Assembly (NCBI GenBank): GCA_040437565.1
Contig: JBDOQK010000035.1
Coordinates: 248,001-312,000, forward strand
Direction of reading: 5' to 3'
DNA: 64,000 nucleotides
Origin: Albugo candida
Taxonomy: Eukaryota
Shown here: one piece after another, positions 48,430 to 60,760 of the stretch
Layout: each line of letters opens with the position of its first letter
How positions within the stretch are numbered: the first letter of the stretch is position 1
The notes under the pieces: model-generated
Told to the model about the DNA's origin: nothing
Database searches by the model: none
Seen by the model: only the letters and a program-made list of their open reading frames with translations
Position numbers and translations under genes: made by a program

Positions 48430-50220
48430 TACTGGATTGTTTTCCTGATTCCTAGATATTTTTTGACGTCATTGCTTGCGTAATTATGTATCGTCTTTCG
48501 CATGCCGTTGTGCCCTGCATCCTCCTCGAGCGGAATTCGCAATGGCGAATCTTGAAGTCTTGTTCCAGCCCCCCCCCCAATGGGACACACGGCGAATGTT
48601 CTTTTTTCCCCCAGGTAAACTCGTGCTCTGTAAGTCCATGCCACTTGACGAGCCACTCAGGCTGTTTGTTGTAGACACGTTTCTGGACCAGCGCTTCTAT
48701 AATGTACAACTCGCTACCGGTTTCCTTCTCGAAGATTACCGGCACTGCTTTCGGGACCGGGCGGCTGCTTAATCGCTTGGGGATCGGGACGAAATGGCTT
48801 AACAATTCGATATTGAAATTGGGGTGCAACTTGCCGAGGCTTTGTGGCAGCGCAAGTTTTGCCGCAATTTTCTTGATCATGTCCTTAATCTGAAATGTTC
48901 CGATCCTCTTCGACAACAGCTTCGTCTTGATCGTTTCGTGTCTCTTCTCGTGATGCTGTAGCTTGAGGTGTCTGCCATCGAGCATGATCAGATCTCCATC
49001 CTGAAATGTCACAATACTGCGCTTCGTGTCGTAGAAGCCCCTTTGTTTTTCTTGAGCTTTGGCCAGACTGATTTGCGCGACTTTAATGATCTTTTGCCTC
49101 GTGTCTGTCATTCGTCTTGCCTAATCGGCTAAAAGGAGCTACTTTCCGGCGCCATTGATACTTCCAGAGATAGCATTGCTGACCTGTCGCCCTCTGTCAA
49201 TCTCAAAAGGTGATGACTGTGTTGACTTGCTCACCCGAGTGCATGAACGAACTCGATATTCCCGAGATAAGTTGTCCAGTCGATGCCATGGTACGACACC
49301 GTGCAGCGTAGCGCATCCTCCATAATCAAATTTTGTCGTTCAGTCTAATCGTCAGCCTGCGCGTGGTGTGCTTTCGTCATTGAAAGCTTGGTGACCATAA
49401 TGGCCATTCGCGAATTCCAAAAGTTTGACGTTAGCCTTGAATCTCGATCACTGATGATGAACTTCGGTAATCCGTGATGAAGTACGAAAAAATCAAAAAT
49501 AGTTTTGCGACTTTTGGCGCATCGGTTTCCGTGTGTGTAGCAGTATATCGGGGGCGACACTAGTAGTCCCGTTACAAAGACCATCGAAACTGCTTCCCAA
49601 CAGTCTTCGGGAACTGGGATTGGCATGAGCTTGCCATTTTTCTTGAGTGTGCTCGTCTTCCATCATGTACATGTACCGCAGCTTTGTCAAACTCTTGAAG
49701 GCCTTGTTCTAAGGTTGGCCAGTCGTACCATTGCGCCACCTTGAGTTGTGTGCAACGCACACCAGAACATGCGGCAGTATTTCCATCGTGATGCTCAAGG
49801 AGAATGGCGGTGACAAGTCTATCGTCTGCTTGAATGCACAGCTTTTTGACTGCGTGAATCGTCTTGACATACAGTAATCCATTCTGTAGCACGTGCTTGT
49901 CGTGATTTGAGTTCAACGCGTCCTAGAATTCGCGGTCTTTGGTGTAACCGCTTATAAACGCTTCTTTGTTATAGAAGACAGATGGATGCGTGAAATAATG
50001 AAATCGATGCGCTGGATCTGATCATAACTTTCTTGCTGTTGCAGTTGAGGTACACCAACATTGTGCACGCTATCTACCCTCGAAAAGTCACGCACATCGA
50101 GATGAAGGTTTTGAACGGATCGTGAGAGCAAGGATAGAACTACCATGTGTAGAGCATGACGTCGAAGACGGACGTCTTGGCGAGCAAAACTGGTCCGCGG
50201 CATGAACTTAAGGGACTTAA
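48430..50220 (-). mobile_element. Decayed Ty3/Gypsy pol 3' end: integrase plus chromodomain (chromovirus)
   Basis: ILLEHHD...YDWPTL, PIPVPEDCWEAVSMVFVTGL, HHGLPKFIISDRDSRLTSNFW, HAQADD, SPFEID, KLLSKRIGTF, LHPNFNIELL and chromodomain YIIEALVQKR...WLVKWHG. Multiple stops and frameshifts. Confidence 0.9.
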
Positions 50221-52499
50221 ANNNNNNNNNNNNNNNNNNNNNNNNNNNNNNNNNNNNNNNNNNNNNNNNNNNNNNNNNNNNNNNNNNNNNNNNNNNNNNN
50301 NNNNNNNNNNNNNNNNNNNNNCTTTTTAACACGCACCAATGTGGGTCGTGATTGCTCTACGGGCTGTCCCACCTCCGCTGGTGCAGCTGGTAATCGTGCT
50401 ACTTCCGAAGTAATGCACGCTGGTCCGAACCCTGACGAAAGACGAAGATTTTCGACGTAAATATCAACCCACTCAGTGAATCTATGGACTTGTCAACATC
50501 ACTCGAGACTGCACCTCTAATTAAGTGTACAGGATTTGGACCGAGGTTTCAGAGAATTGCAAACTATTGATTAAAAAGTAATGATAATCACCAAAGTGCA
50601 CGAACAATTTCTGAATATAAGCACTACGCGCGAACAACCTTAGCTGATCAGCCGACTGACCCCGTAGAAGAGCATCCATGAGGTATGATCGCAACAAGCC
50701 TGTTTCAATCGAGGACAACAAGCTCTGGGAAGTTACTTGCGCATTTTGTCCATGGAGATCGGATGGCAGAGCGTTGGTGAGGTTGAATAGCACAACTCAA
50801 CTAATTTTGAATTTTACCATGGAACGCGAATAGCCAATATTAGCTAGAAAGCGTACACATTCGTTCATGTTACATAAAGCTCGGGCTGACGTCTTCAATC
50901 CTGGTAGATGAAGAGAGTATCACGAGTACCACCAGCACCACCAGCCCACGGATGGGTTTATCGTGAAGATCATGTACCTACTAGAAGTAGCGTCACCAAC
51001 TTGAATTTTTTTACTGTTGCGCGTTCAATTCTTATCGATGTATGAAGTTCGGGAAGCATACATTTTTTTTGCTATTGATAAGCTCATCACATGAATCTAC
51101 CGTCATACGATTGACTTGGTTCACGGTTTTTCTCCTCTCAACAAGCTACTCAGCAAACGAGCAAGAACGGGATGGAGTGCGTTATCCCTAGGCGCACATT
51201 TAGTCAGGTCACTGAGAAGTATATGAGACCCCGTACAGCATCTCGTCTATTGCCAATCTTTTTACACGCCAGCCCATCTACAAGTGAGGCATCGAGATCT
51301 AGCTGTCGCCAACAAAAAAAAGGGGTCTTTCTTTGTGGATCATCAAACGTGCTAAATTTATGGCTCAAACATTAATTAAAGAGTCACCGATATCATGGCT
51401 ATTAACAAGTAGCCGAGAGAGCGTTGCTAAGTATTATATAGATCGTGCTAGCAGTCATCAGGTGGGGTGCTAGGAGGAAGAAATTGGCACTAGTAGAGTG
51501 AGATGTGTTCTGCGGTTGCGATTTGTTCGTCTACAAGTATGAAATCACAGCAACGTGACAAAATCCAAGTAAGAGAATGATCAATGTCTCCTAAAAACGC
51601 TTGGCAATAATCTCCGCTAAGCGATTTATGTTTCTAAGTCTAGACGAAATACACAATGAAGATTGACCATGAATCTTCTGGATATATTTCCCTTCATCAG
51701 ACGAAAGTCGGAGTATCATCAAGTTTGATGCTTTCATCGCACGCGACGTAATAAGTCACACAACTCCATTTTCGCAGGAAGATCTATAGACGAACTTACA
51801 CCAGAAATAAATTTGATGCTGTGAATGATTTCATGTCGTAGATGATATTGCTGAATGGCTCATTCGCACAAGTGCAAACGAGTTGATTTAATCACGTGAA
51901 CCTTTGATAGACTATCTTCTTGCGAGTGCGCTATGATTTTTTATACTCGAGAGACATTTCACCGAGAATACTTGCGAAGAAAGCCTTCTCTACTACCTCA
52001 TTTACGTTGGTCGACCGACTATCATCGCATTCGGTTTTTTGCATTTAATAGACTCTCAAGGATTTGTTCATAGAACCAAAAAGCGGTAGCATACAATACA
52101 CAAGTAGGTTGAAACGCACTGTATCAGTGAAAGCTGAAATATTATTGCGTTGTCACGGAGCTATTCATCGTACACATATCTTGTTATCGTATGCAACCTG
52201 TGTAGACCATTTCAGCTTACAAAAGAACAATTTGATTTTATTTGAAGTTTTCGGTCTGTCGACCACAAAATCCCTCCCCATTAGCATCAGTAAAGGTAGC
52301 GAGCAGAACTGGGGGGTGTCGTGAGGACATCACCACACTCAAAATTTCCAATAGATATTGCGGAAAATTAGCAGAAACCTCTACATACTAATATAGACGG
52401 TTTCGTCTCTATGGAATCCTGATATACACTAATATGACCAATTACATCAATCATAATTTAAAAACCAATTACAGTACTCTACGTGACTCTGAGAGAACA

Positions 52500-52515
52500 C
52501 TCATTCAGAAATTGT
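52500..52515 (+). promoter_or_regulatory. Possible Inr/FPR core promoter element of the Argonaute gene
   Basis: CTCATTCAGAAATTGT immediately upstream of ATG 52520 resembles the oomycete Inr+FPR consensus. Confidence 0.4.
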
Positions 52516-52519
52516 GCGG

Positions 52520-55261
52520 ATGGCGCGCAAGCGAGGAGGCCAAAATAAAGGACGTGGTGATCCTACTCAAGCTACGGGTGCCTCTGGACCAAATGTCACT
52601 TCAACGGCGCATGCCACAACATCCACTCCAGCAGTTGCTCCTCCCTCAACGACAACTTCAACACCGGCGCCTCCGGCACCGGTTCTCGATTTGGGGTCAC
52701 TTAGCATTGAAAAGAAAGGACCAAGCAATGCTCAGATCGTTTCTTCTGTGCAGATGAATCTTCCTCCACGCCCAGGATTTGGTCGTCTTGGAAAACAGAT
52801 CTCTATTCATGCCAATCATTTTAAAGTCCGTACTAACTTGGGTATCAGTTTGTACCACTACGATGTGTCGATGGCACTACAAGGCGAAAATTTCAAAAAT
52901 GAGGGCCTCAGTAAAACGGTTACGAGCCTTTTGATGACTTCTCTTATGGCGCGCGTGAAAAAGGATTTTCCTGCTCTTATTGTAGTGAATGATGGGAGAA
53001 AAAACATTTACGCGGTTTCAAAATTTCCATTCACAGAGCAGAAATTTGAGGAATTACAATTACCTGATCAGACGAAACCGAAACTGTATCATTGCCTGAT
53101 AAAAGAAGCGTCTCCTTTGGCCGTGAACGTAAACCAGCTGGAATTATTATTCCAAGGAAAACTTAATTATACTCCCTACGACGCTCTTCAGGCACTCGAT
53201 ATCGCAATGCGTCATACGGCAAGCTCAAGATTTGTGTCAGTTGGTCGAAGTCTTTACGCGCCCAATGGTGCCAAAGATATCGGGGAAGGAGCTGAGGTAT
53301 GGTTTGGACATTTTCAAAGTTTAAGGGCAACTCAAAACCATTTGGTCGTGAATCTGGATTTGGCTGCCACAGCCTTCGTCAAGCAAATGAGCGTTCTCGA
53401 GTTTTTGGTGGAAACGCTTGATCAACGAGAGCGTACGCTCCCAAAAACACTGAACAAAGCTCAAGCTTCGGTATTCACGAAAGCAGTAAAGGGCGTCAAA
53501 GTATCTGTGACTCATCGAGGCGATATGAAGCGCACCTTTCGGGTGAACGGACTATCCAGAACTTCCGCACAAGAATTATTCTTCGAAGACGATTCAGGCG
53601 CCAAAGTGTCTGTTGCAACGTATTTCTCCAAGAATTATGGAACACTACGCTATCCAGGGCTACCTTGTCTACATGTTGGTGCAATGAACAAGAAAAACTA
53701 TTTGCCAATGGAAGTGTGTCATATCCTAGCTGGCCAGAAAACTCCTCGAAAAGTAACCGACAAACAAGTTGCGAATATGATTCGCTTTACGTGCACGAAA
53801 CCAGATGACCGCAAGCGTCAAATTGAACAAAAACTTCGTGATGCTGGCTTTGATCGTGATCCAGTTTTAAAGGCACTGGGAATGTCTGTGGACCCGAAGA
53901 TGGTTACAACCAAAGCTCGAGTTCTTCCAGAGCCAGAAATGTCATACTCTCGTGGAACTGAGCGACCTCGTGACGGGGCTTGGAACATGAAAAACAAATC
54001 GTTTTTCCAGTCCGCTCATCTTGCGTCTTGGGCTGTGATAAGCATGTGTGATTCCCGTCGTTGTGGTCCCGACCAAATTAAAAAGTTTTTCACTCAAGTC
54101 ATGAAGCAAATGAAAGAATTTGGTATGCAGGTTCCTCAACAATTTCCGCCCATTATACTGAAGCAGCAACGCTATGCAAAGGTTCGTGATATGTTTAAAG
54201 AAGCGCTTAGTAAAGCGCAATTAACATTCAAAGCTCCCGCTCAAATCATTTGGCTTATTAATCCAGTCGCAGATGCTGATGTGTATGGAGAGTTGAAACG
54301 GTCGTCCGACATTGAAAGCGGTATCCCTTCGCAATGCATGCTCGCCAAGCACATCGATAAAGCAAGTCCGCAATACATTGCGAACATTTTACTCAAAGTC
54401 AACGCGAAACTTGGTGGAAAGAACTCAGTCGTTCGAGAACCTTTACCGAAAGTATCGGAAGCACCGACAATTATCTTCGGTGCTGATGTAACTCATCCTG
54501 GTGTCACTGAGACGTCTCGACCATCTATTGCAGCTGTGGTGGCATCAATGGATCGTCATTGTATCAAGCATGCCGCCACAATTCGTGTCCAGGGACATAG
54601 AGTCGAACAAATTATAAACTTGCAAGAAATGGTGAAGGAGCTTCTTGTTCTTTTCTACAAAGAAGCCAGAGTGAAGCCCAGTCGGATATTGTTCTATCGG
54701 GACGGTGTCAGCGAAGGGCAATTTCAAATGGTGTTGAAGCACGAAGTAACTGCCATACGAGCAGCCTGTGCATCTCTCGAGAAAGGTTATATGCCGGCAG
54801 TAACATTTGTCGTTGTTCAAAAACGCCACAATACTCGTTTATTTGCTGCGGACCAGAGAGATGCAGACCGTAGTGGAAACGTCAAAGCGGGTACAGTTGT
54901 CGATACCGATATCTGTCATCCTCTTGAGCACGACTTTTATCTCATGAGCCATGGAGGGTTACAGGGAACCAGTAAACCCGCTCATTATCACGTTCTGCTT
55001 GATGAAATCGGCTTCACCGCTGATGAACTGCAATTGCTGACTTATCGATTGTGCTACACTTTTGCCAGGTGCACTCGTTCTGTGTCAGTTGTCCCATCAG
55101 CATATTATTCGCATTTGATGGCCTTTCGAGCACGATTCTTTACTCCGGAGGGAGATAGTGACACGATGTCTTCTATTTCTGGTTCAGGAAAAGAGGCAGA
55201 AGTGGACTTGCGGCTGATGCAAGTTCATAACAACTTGAGGAACGTCATGTACTACGTATGA
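52520..55261 (+). CDS. AGO: Argonaute (N-PAZ-MID-PIWI), intronless, 913 aa, catalytic DEDH tetrad intact
   Basis: RPGFGRLG, ANHF, DGRKNIY, PAZ (YPGLPCLHVG...YLPMEVC), MID (IPSQC, NILLKVNAKLGG). PIWI has GADVTH (D), HRVEQI (E), [10 protein letters not shown] (D), [15 protein letters not shown] and AYYSHL (H). N-terminus has RGG/GRG. Confidence 0.98.
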   Translation: MARKRGGQNKGRGDPTQATGASGPNVTSTAHATTSTPAVAPPSTTTSTPAPPAPVLDLGSLSIEKKGPSNAQIVSSVQMNLPPRPGFGRLGKQISIHANHFKVRTNLGISLYHYDVSMALQGENFKNEGLSKTVTSLLMTSLMARVKKDFPALIVVNDGRKNIYAVSKFPFTEQKFEELQLPDQTKPKLYHCLIKEASPLAVNVNQLELLFQGKLNYTPYDALQALDIAMRHTASSRFVSVGRSLYAPNGAKDIGEGAEVWFGHFQSLRATQNHLVVNLDLAATAFVKQMSVLEFLVETLDQRERTLPKTLNKAQASVFTKAVKGVKVSVTHRGDMKRTFRVNGLSRTSAQELFFEDDSGAKVSVATYFSKNYGTLRYPGLPCLHVGAMNKKNYLPMEVCHILAGQKTPRKVTDKQVANMIRFTCTKPDDRKRQIEQKLRDAGFDRDPVLKALGMSVDPKMVTTKARVLPEPEMSYSRGTERPRDGAWNMKNKSFFQSAHLASWAVISMCDSRRCGPDQIKKFFTQVMKQMKEFGMQVPQQFPPIILKQQRYAKVRDMFKEALSKAQLTFKAPAQIIWLINPVADADVYGELKRSSDIESGIPSQCMLAKHIDKASPQYIANILLKVNAKLGGKNSVVREPLPKVSEAPTIIFGADVTHPGVTETSRPSIAAVVASMDRHCIKHAATIRVQGHRVEQIINLQEMVKELLVLFYKEARVKPSRILFYRDGVSEGQFQMVLKHEVTAIRAACASLEKGYMPAVTFVVVQKRHNTRLFAADQRDADRSGNVKAGTVVDTDICHPLEHDFYLMSHGGLQGTSKPAHYHVLLDEIGFTADELQLLTYRLCYTFARCTRSVSVVPSAYYSHLMAFRARFFTPEGDSDTMSSISGSGKEAEVDLRLMQVHNNLRNVMYYV

Positions 55262-55785
55262 TGTGGATCGGCTCAACCAATTATGATCGAATGACATGGT
55301 GCATTCTGCTTTTCGTAACTGCTAATTTTTGATCTTAGGCGCTGAAGCAATTGAATGAAAAGGCTTAATACTTCAACCTATGCAATTCCTTTCCTTTACT
55401 ATCACTTTTAAGATCTATCGTTTATCACATTAATGTTCCATGAGAATTTACTTGTTTACTTTCACAGAGGACAGGTGAGAATTTAGCTGGGAGTATAGTA
55501 TTCTGTCCCGAGTTATATTTGTCATTGAGAATCGTTCATAGAACCCGATTCTACATGAAATTGTCATGCATCGCTACTGTTTTGTACATATCTCCTGACT
55601 TCATAATGTTACGCTCCGGACCTATCGCAATTCTAAAAGGTATCGAAGCTGTAGCTATCTACTCTTAGTGAAGATATTACACTTGCATTCTCCCCCACTC
55701 TCCGGCAGTTCAGCGCACTAATTTTGCGCTGCTTATGACATAGATCTCTGCTCGTGAAATATCATTATATTTGAGAGCAAACATC

Positions 55786-56327
55786 TTATCTCCACTGCAC
55801 TTTATCATGTGTTGGTCTTCTTCTCCCTTTCGGAAGTTCTCCTTTCGGATAGCCAACATAAAAAAATCCAAGACATCTGTCTTTCTCGCCCAGACCGAGA
55901 AACCTTTTCATTTCATCGGAAGACGCGATGCTGCCCGAACTCCAATAGGCCCCTACGTTGTATGATGTCGCAGTCAAGTGCATATTTTGTACTGCACATG
56001 CTACCGAGCAGACTTCATCCATTTCTGGAATTTTTTCGGTTTCTTGACGCTTCATACAAATTGCTATTATATGGCTCGCCCGTAGTTTATCGTCGATTTT
56101 CTTCTGATATTTTGTTCGTGAAAATCTTTCCGTCGGAGTCATTTTTTCGTACAAATCTCCTTCTAGTTCTCCTAGCTCACGACGGGAACGTTGTGAGCTG
56201 AACACCGTAAATCTCCATGGCTCCGTCCTGGCATGTGTAGGTGCCCAATTTGCACTTTCAAGCATTCTTTCAATGATTTTCTTCGGTACAGGACGCAGCG
56301 AGTCATACTGTCGAGGGTACACCGAGC
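55786..56327 (-). other. Redundant 3' part of the nitroreductase gene (assembly overlap with 57572-58112)
   Basis: Same sequence as the complete copy; ends at an N gap. Confidence 0.8.
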
Positions 56328-56427
56328 NNNNNNNNNNNNNNNNNNNNNNNNNNNNNNNNNNNNNNNNNNNNNNNNNNNNNNNNNNNNNNNNNNNNNNNNN
56401 NNNNNNNNNNNNNNNNNNNNNNNNNNN

Positions 56428-57047
56428 TTCTTGTTCTTTTCTACAAAGAAGCCAGAGTGAAGCCCAGTCGGATATTGTTCTATCGGGACGGTGTCAGCGA
56501 AGGGCAATTTCAAATGGTGTTGAAGCACGAAGTAACTGCCATACGAGCAGCCTGTGCATCTCTCGAGAAAGGTTATATGCCGGCAGTAACATTTGTCGTT
56601 GTTCAAAAACGCCACAATACTCGTTTATTTGCTGCGGACCAGAGAGATGCAGACCGTAGTGGAAACGTCAAAGCGGGTACAGTTGTCGATACCGATATCT
56701 GTCATCCTCTTGAGCACGACTTTTATCTCATGAGCCATGGAGGGTTACAGGGAACCAGTAAACCCGCTCATTATCACGTTCTGCTTGATGAAATCGGCTT
56801 CACCGCTGATGAACTGCAATTGCTGACTTATCGATTGTGCTACACTTTTGCCAGGTGCACTCGTTCTGTGTCAGTTGTCCCATCAGCATATTATTCGCAT
56901 TTGATGGCCTTTCGAGCACGATTCTTTACTCCGGAGGGAGATAGTGACACGATGTCTTCTATTTCTGGTTCAGGAAAAGAGGCAGAAGTGGACTTGCGGC
57001 TGATGCAAGTTCATAACAACTTGAGGAACGTCATGTACTACGTATGA
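56428..57047 (+). other. Redundant 3' part of the Argonaute gene (assembly overlap with ~54642-55261)
   Basis: Same sequence as the end of the complete AGO, begins right after an N gap, and the identity continues through the intergenic region. Confidence 0.8.
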
Positions 57048-57571
57048 TGTGGATCGGCTCAACCAATTATGATCGAATGACATGGTGCATTCTGCTTTTC
57101 GTAACTGCTAATTTTTGATCTTAGGCGCTGAAGCAATTGAATGAAAAGGCTTAATACTTCAACCTATGCAATTCCTTTCCTTTACTATCACTTTTAAGAT
57201 CTATCGTTTATCACATTAATGTTCCATGAGAATTTACTTGTTTACTTTCACAGAGGACAGGTGAGAATTTAGCTGGGAGTATAGTATTCTGTCCCGAGTT
57301 ATATTTGTCATTGAGAATCGTTCATAGAACCCGATTCTACATGAAATTGTCATGCATCGCTACTGTTTTGTACATATCTCCTGACTTCATAATGTTACGC
57401 TCCGGACCTATCGCAATTCTAAAAGGTATCGAAGCTGTAGCTATCTACTCTTAGTGAAGATATTACACTTGCATTCTCCCCCACTCTCCGGCAGTTCAGC
57501 GCACTAATTTTGCGCTGCTTATGACATAGATCTCTGCTCGTGAAATATCATTATATTTGAGAGCAAACATC

Positions 57572-58249
57572 TTATCTCCACTGCACTTTATCATGTGTTG
57601 GTCTTCTTCTCCCTTTCGGAAGTTCTCCTTTCGGATAGCCAACATAAAAAAATCCAAGACATCTGTCTTTCTCGCCCAGACCGAGAAACCTTTTCATTTC
57701 ATCGGAAGACGCGATGCTGCCCGAACTCCAATAGGCCCCTACGTTGTATGATGTCGCAGTCAAGTGCATATTTTGTACTGCACATGCTACCGAGCAGACT
57801 TCATCCATTTCTGGAATTTTTTCGGTTTCTTGACGCTTCATACAAATTGCTATTATATGGCTCGCCCGTAGTTTATCGTCGATTTTCTTCTGATATTTTG
57901 TTCGTGAAAATCTTTCCGTCGGAGTCATTTTTTCGTACAAATCTCCTTCTAGTTCTCCTAGCTCACGACGGGAACGTTGTGAGCTGAACACCGTAAATCT
58001 CCATGGCTCCGTCCTGGCATGTGTAGGTGCCCAATTTGCACTTTCAAGCATTCTTTCAATGATTTTCTTCGGTACAGGACGCAGCGAGTCATACTGTCGA
58101 GGGTACACCGAGCGTCTCTGTGCGATGAGCTGCTCTGCAGAAAGTAATTTCGGTGTTCTGATGGTGTTGTAATAAAGCTTGATGCAAACAGCACATGAGA
58201 CTGTTGCGATCGAGGTAAGTGCGGAAGTTATCGCAGGTGAGAATCCCAT
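57572..58249 (-). CDS. Nitroreductase-family (YdjA-like) FMN oxidoreductase with N-terminal hydrophobic extension, intronless
   Basis: IAQRRSV, ANWAPTHARTEPWRF, SVACAVQNMHLTAT, GAYWSSG and LGFFYVGYP. First ATG is at 58249. Confidence 0.9.
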   Translation of the reverse strand: MGFSPAITSALTSIATVSCAVCIKLYYNTIRTPKLLSAEQLIAQRRSVYPRQYDSLRPVPKKIIERMLESANWAPTHARTEPWRFTVFSSQRSRRELGELEGDLYEKMTPTERFSRTKYQKKIDDKLRASHIIAICMKRQETEKIPEMDEVCSVACAVQNMHLTATSYNVGAYWSSGSIASSDEMKRFLGLGEKDRCLGFFYVGYPKGELPKGRRRPTHDKVQWR

Positions 58250-59149
58250 TTGCAATATGAATTTTTCTAATAACTGACAGTGAGATTTCTACAAATCAGC
58301 ATTCTTCATTGTCTTGGGCAAACGATTTTCAGTCTTTCTTCTACGAGGATACCATTATGACATCTATTAGGTAACCGTTAAAATCCCCTCAGTTTGTTAT
58401 GATTGGCTAATTTCCGAGACTGAAAACTCAGCCATATCGACTGCAAAAGAGGCTGTCATTCTTACCCAGAAACCATTTTTAGAGACCAACTTTATAGAAT
58501 ATAAGGTTCTTGTGTCATGAAGCATCCATACACACCGGAATATTAGGAGTCAGTTTACGATATAGAATAATTTGTGTTATCGACAAGCCGTGAACTGCGA
58601 AATAGCCTAACAACAATGAGCTACACGAACAAGCGCGAACGCTATCTGAGCTGACTGATTGCAAAATTGAGCGCAAAATAGTTCACGTCGAATAGAAGCG
58701 GGCAATGCTATGGTGCAACTCCTCTAGAAAGAACATTTTTTTGACCAAGTTCAAAGTCTATCAGACACCTGGATTGGAAAGTTTTGTCAATTTTTTTTGC
58801 ACCAAACGTTAGCTTTTGAGGTGCTGAACATTTTGTTGCTAGCAGATTGTGCATATATCTTTTTTATCGTAATGCTGATACGCCTTGAAGTTTGACCTTT
58901 TTGCATGTCTTCCTAAAATCGGCTAGATTTGACACACACCATGTGAAAGGTCGTACGCTGTGCAATTTTTTTTCGTGGCTGTAATAAAAGGAAATAAGGC
59001 AGACAAGGCATTCAAACAAAATAGGAATGACTATGTACAGTTTTTGGCCTAGGATGAGAGGAAATAGGGCATGGGAGGTATAGAAAAACGAAGAATGGCG
59101 ATGTATATATGGCAGGGTCATAAGGAAATCCAAAAAAGCTCAAATACCT

Positions 59150-60760
59150 CTCAACACATCAATCAGACGTCGGTGCGATTTCATCTTCCGTCTGTCCCGC
59201 TCAACCTTCTTCGCCTCAACGCCATCCTTGCCTTTGCTATACATTTCGATGTATCGCCAGGATGTTCGAGCGTGCTTCCGTATCTCCTTCATGCGATATT
59301 AACAGGGAGCCTCTTCCAAAGCGAGGTGAAATTATACCTAAATTGGTTCCGCGCTGCTCTCTTGGCGGCTCCCCAGTACCTCTCGATGAAGTGCACTCAC
59401 AGTAGTATTTGTGGTGATATTCAATAATGTATCCTGCCTGCTTCACCTTCATCTCCAGGGCTGACTCCTGTTCAGCAAAAATCGGGCTGGGCCATCAAGG
59501 CATGTCCCCAACAGCAGTCATTTATTGGAGGCAATGCATTGGAATGGCAATCCAGATCCCAATTTACATTGGGAGGAGGCCTGATTCCGCTTTCCTTCAG
59601 CACCTGTAAAAGACCAGCTTCAGTGGTGAGAACTCATCAGTGAGATTTTGAAAACACAGAGAAAATGCTTACCATCTCGATGCCCCTAAAGTAAATCTCT
59701 CCATTGTGACTAGACCACATATATTGCCAGATTTTTTGGCAATCAATGATTACCATCCATCCTTGTACTGGTACGTCTTCTCCTTCTTGGACTTGAGAGT
59801 CATCCTGCCAGCCACCAGAGCGTTGAGAGCAAACGCCTGATGGTTGGAGGATTGGTCGAAAGAACATAGTCCTGGAAAGAAAAATACAGTCTCCAGTTCC
59901 AACTAGAAATGTGAAACAAGAAAGTTGAAGAACTCACCATACCAAGTGGATGAAGAACGTTGAAAATGGGGATGGCCTTCTCGTTGAGTAGCCTCGCCAT
60001 GTCTTCACTTTTCCACCAACCATCTCTGTCCTTGCCTGCCTTGATGATCTCTCTGGCTGATGGTATAGTGAGCCCATTATCCCTCGCTTGCTGATCAGTA
60101 ACTTTCATAGGCCGATGGCACGGACACAGAAAGTCACTGATCATGATTGACCCTCCTGATACTTTCTCCCTAATCCAACTGTCGCCTTCTTCTACCCAGA
60201 ACTCCTCTCTTCCATCGTTGCTGTAGAAGGTAGACTCATCATGCGTCACATGCACATGCTTGTTGCCCCGCACTTCTACCTTGTCCTCCATCAGCATATC
60301 CATCTCCTCTCCAGTCCACTCATCCATCTTCTTTTTGTAATTAATCATTCTCTTTGACCAGCCCTCTCTATACTTCACCACATCCTCCCTCTCGTAACCG
60401 TCCATACAGCTGCTTTCCCTTTTTTTAGAATGCCCAGATCTTCAGGTACTTGACCACTGTCAAGAAGCTGATCTTCTGCTCCTTCTCTTCCAGGAATTTT
60501 GGGAAAATGCTGTTTTCAAGAACCATCTGGAGCTCTTTGGGCAATGTTTCATTGAGCTTCCTCCCCCTCATCCATGACAGGCACTCCCACGTGATATCAA
60601 GATTTGCCAGGATCTCTGTCTTTTTTCAATGTCGGCCCTGCTGATGCGTTGGAAGAGCTTTGCTGACCGATTACCGATCTGCCCACAGCCCAACGTCTGT
60701 GCAGGCCCACAGTCTAAATTCTTGTGCAGTATTTCGTTGGCTGCAGTAGATGACGCTTCC
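59150..60760 (-). mobile_element. Decayed, intron-containing Tc1/IS630-like DDE transposase
   Basis: DGYEREDVVKYR, VTHDESTFYSND, GGSIMISDFLCP, DGWWKSEDM, AIPIF, FDQSSNH, FRGIEM|VLKESG and KYYCE.HFIERYWGAAK. Putative introns at ~59872-59940 and 59604-59672. Confidence 0.75.

Noticed and set aside
50342-52400. Short ORFs upstream of Argonaute (e.g. 50521-50793) and at 28025-28970
   Set aside because: I could not assemble a consistent spliced gene or recognise any family; may be decayed genes.
54642-58112. Apparent tandem duplication of the Argonaute C-terminus plus nitroreductase (a PIWI-only gene)
   Set aside because: The two ~1.7 kb copies look identical, including intergenic DNA, and flank a 100-N gap: unmerged contig overlap.
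52520-58249. Prokaryotic-style Argonaute defence operon with a partner enzyme
   Set aside because: The AGO is a typical long eukaryotic Argonaute and the neighbour is convergent, not co-transcribed. Nothing in the sequence links them functionally.
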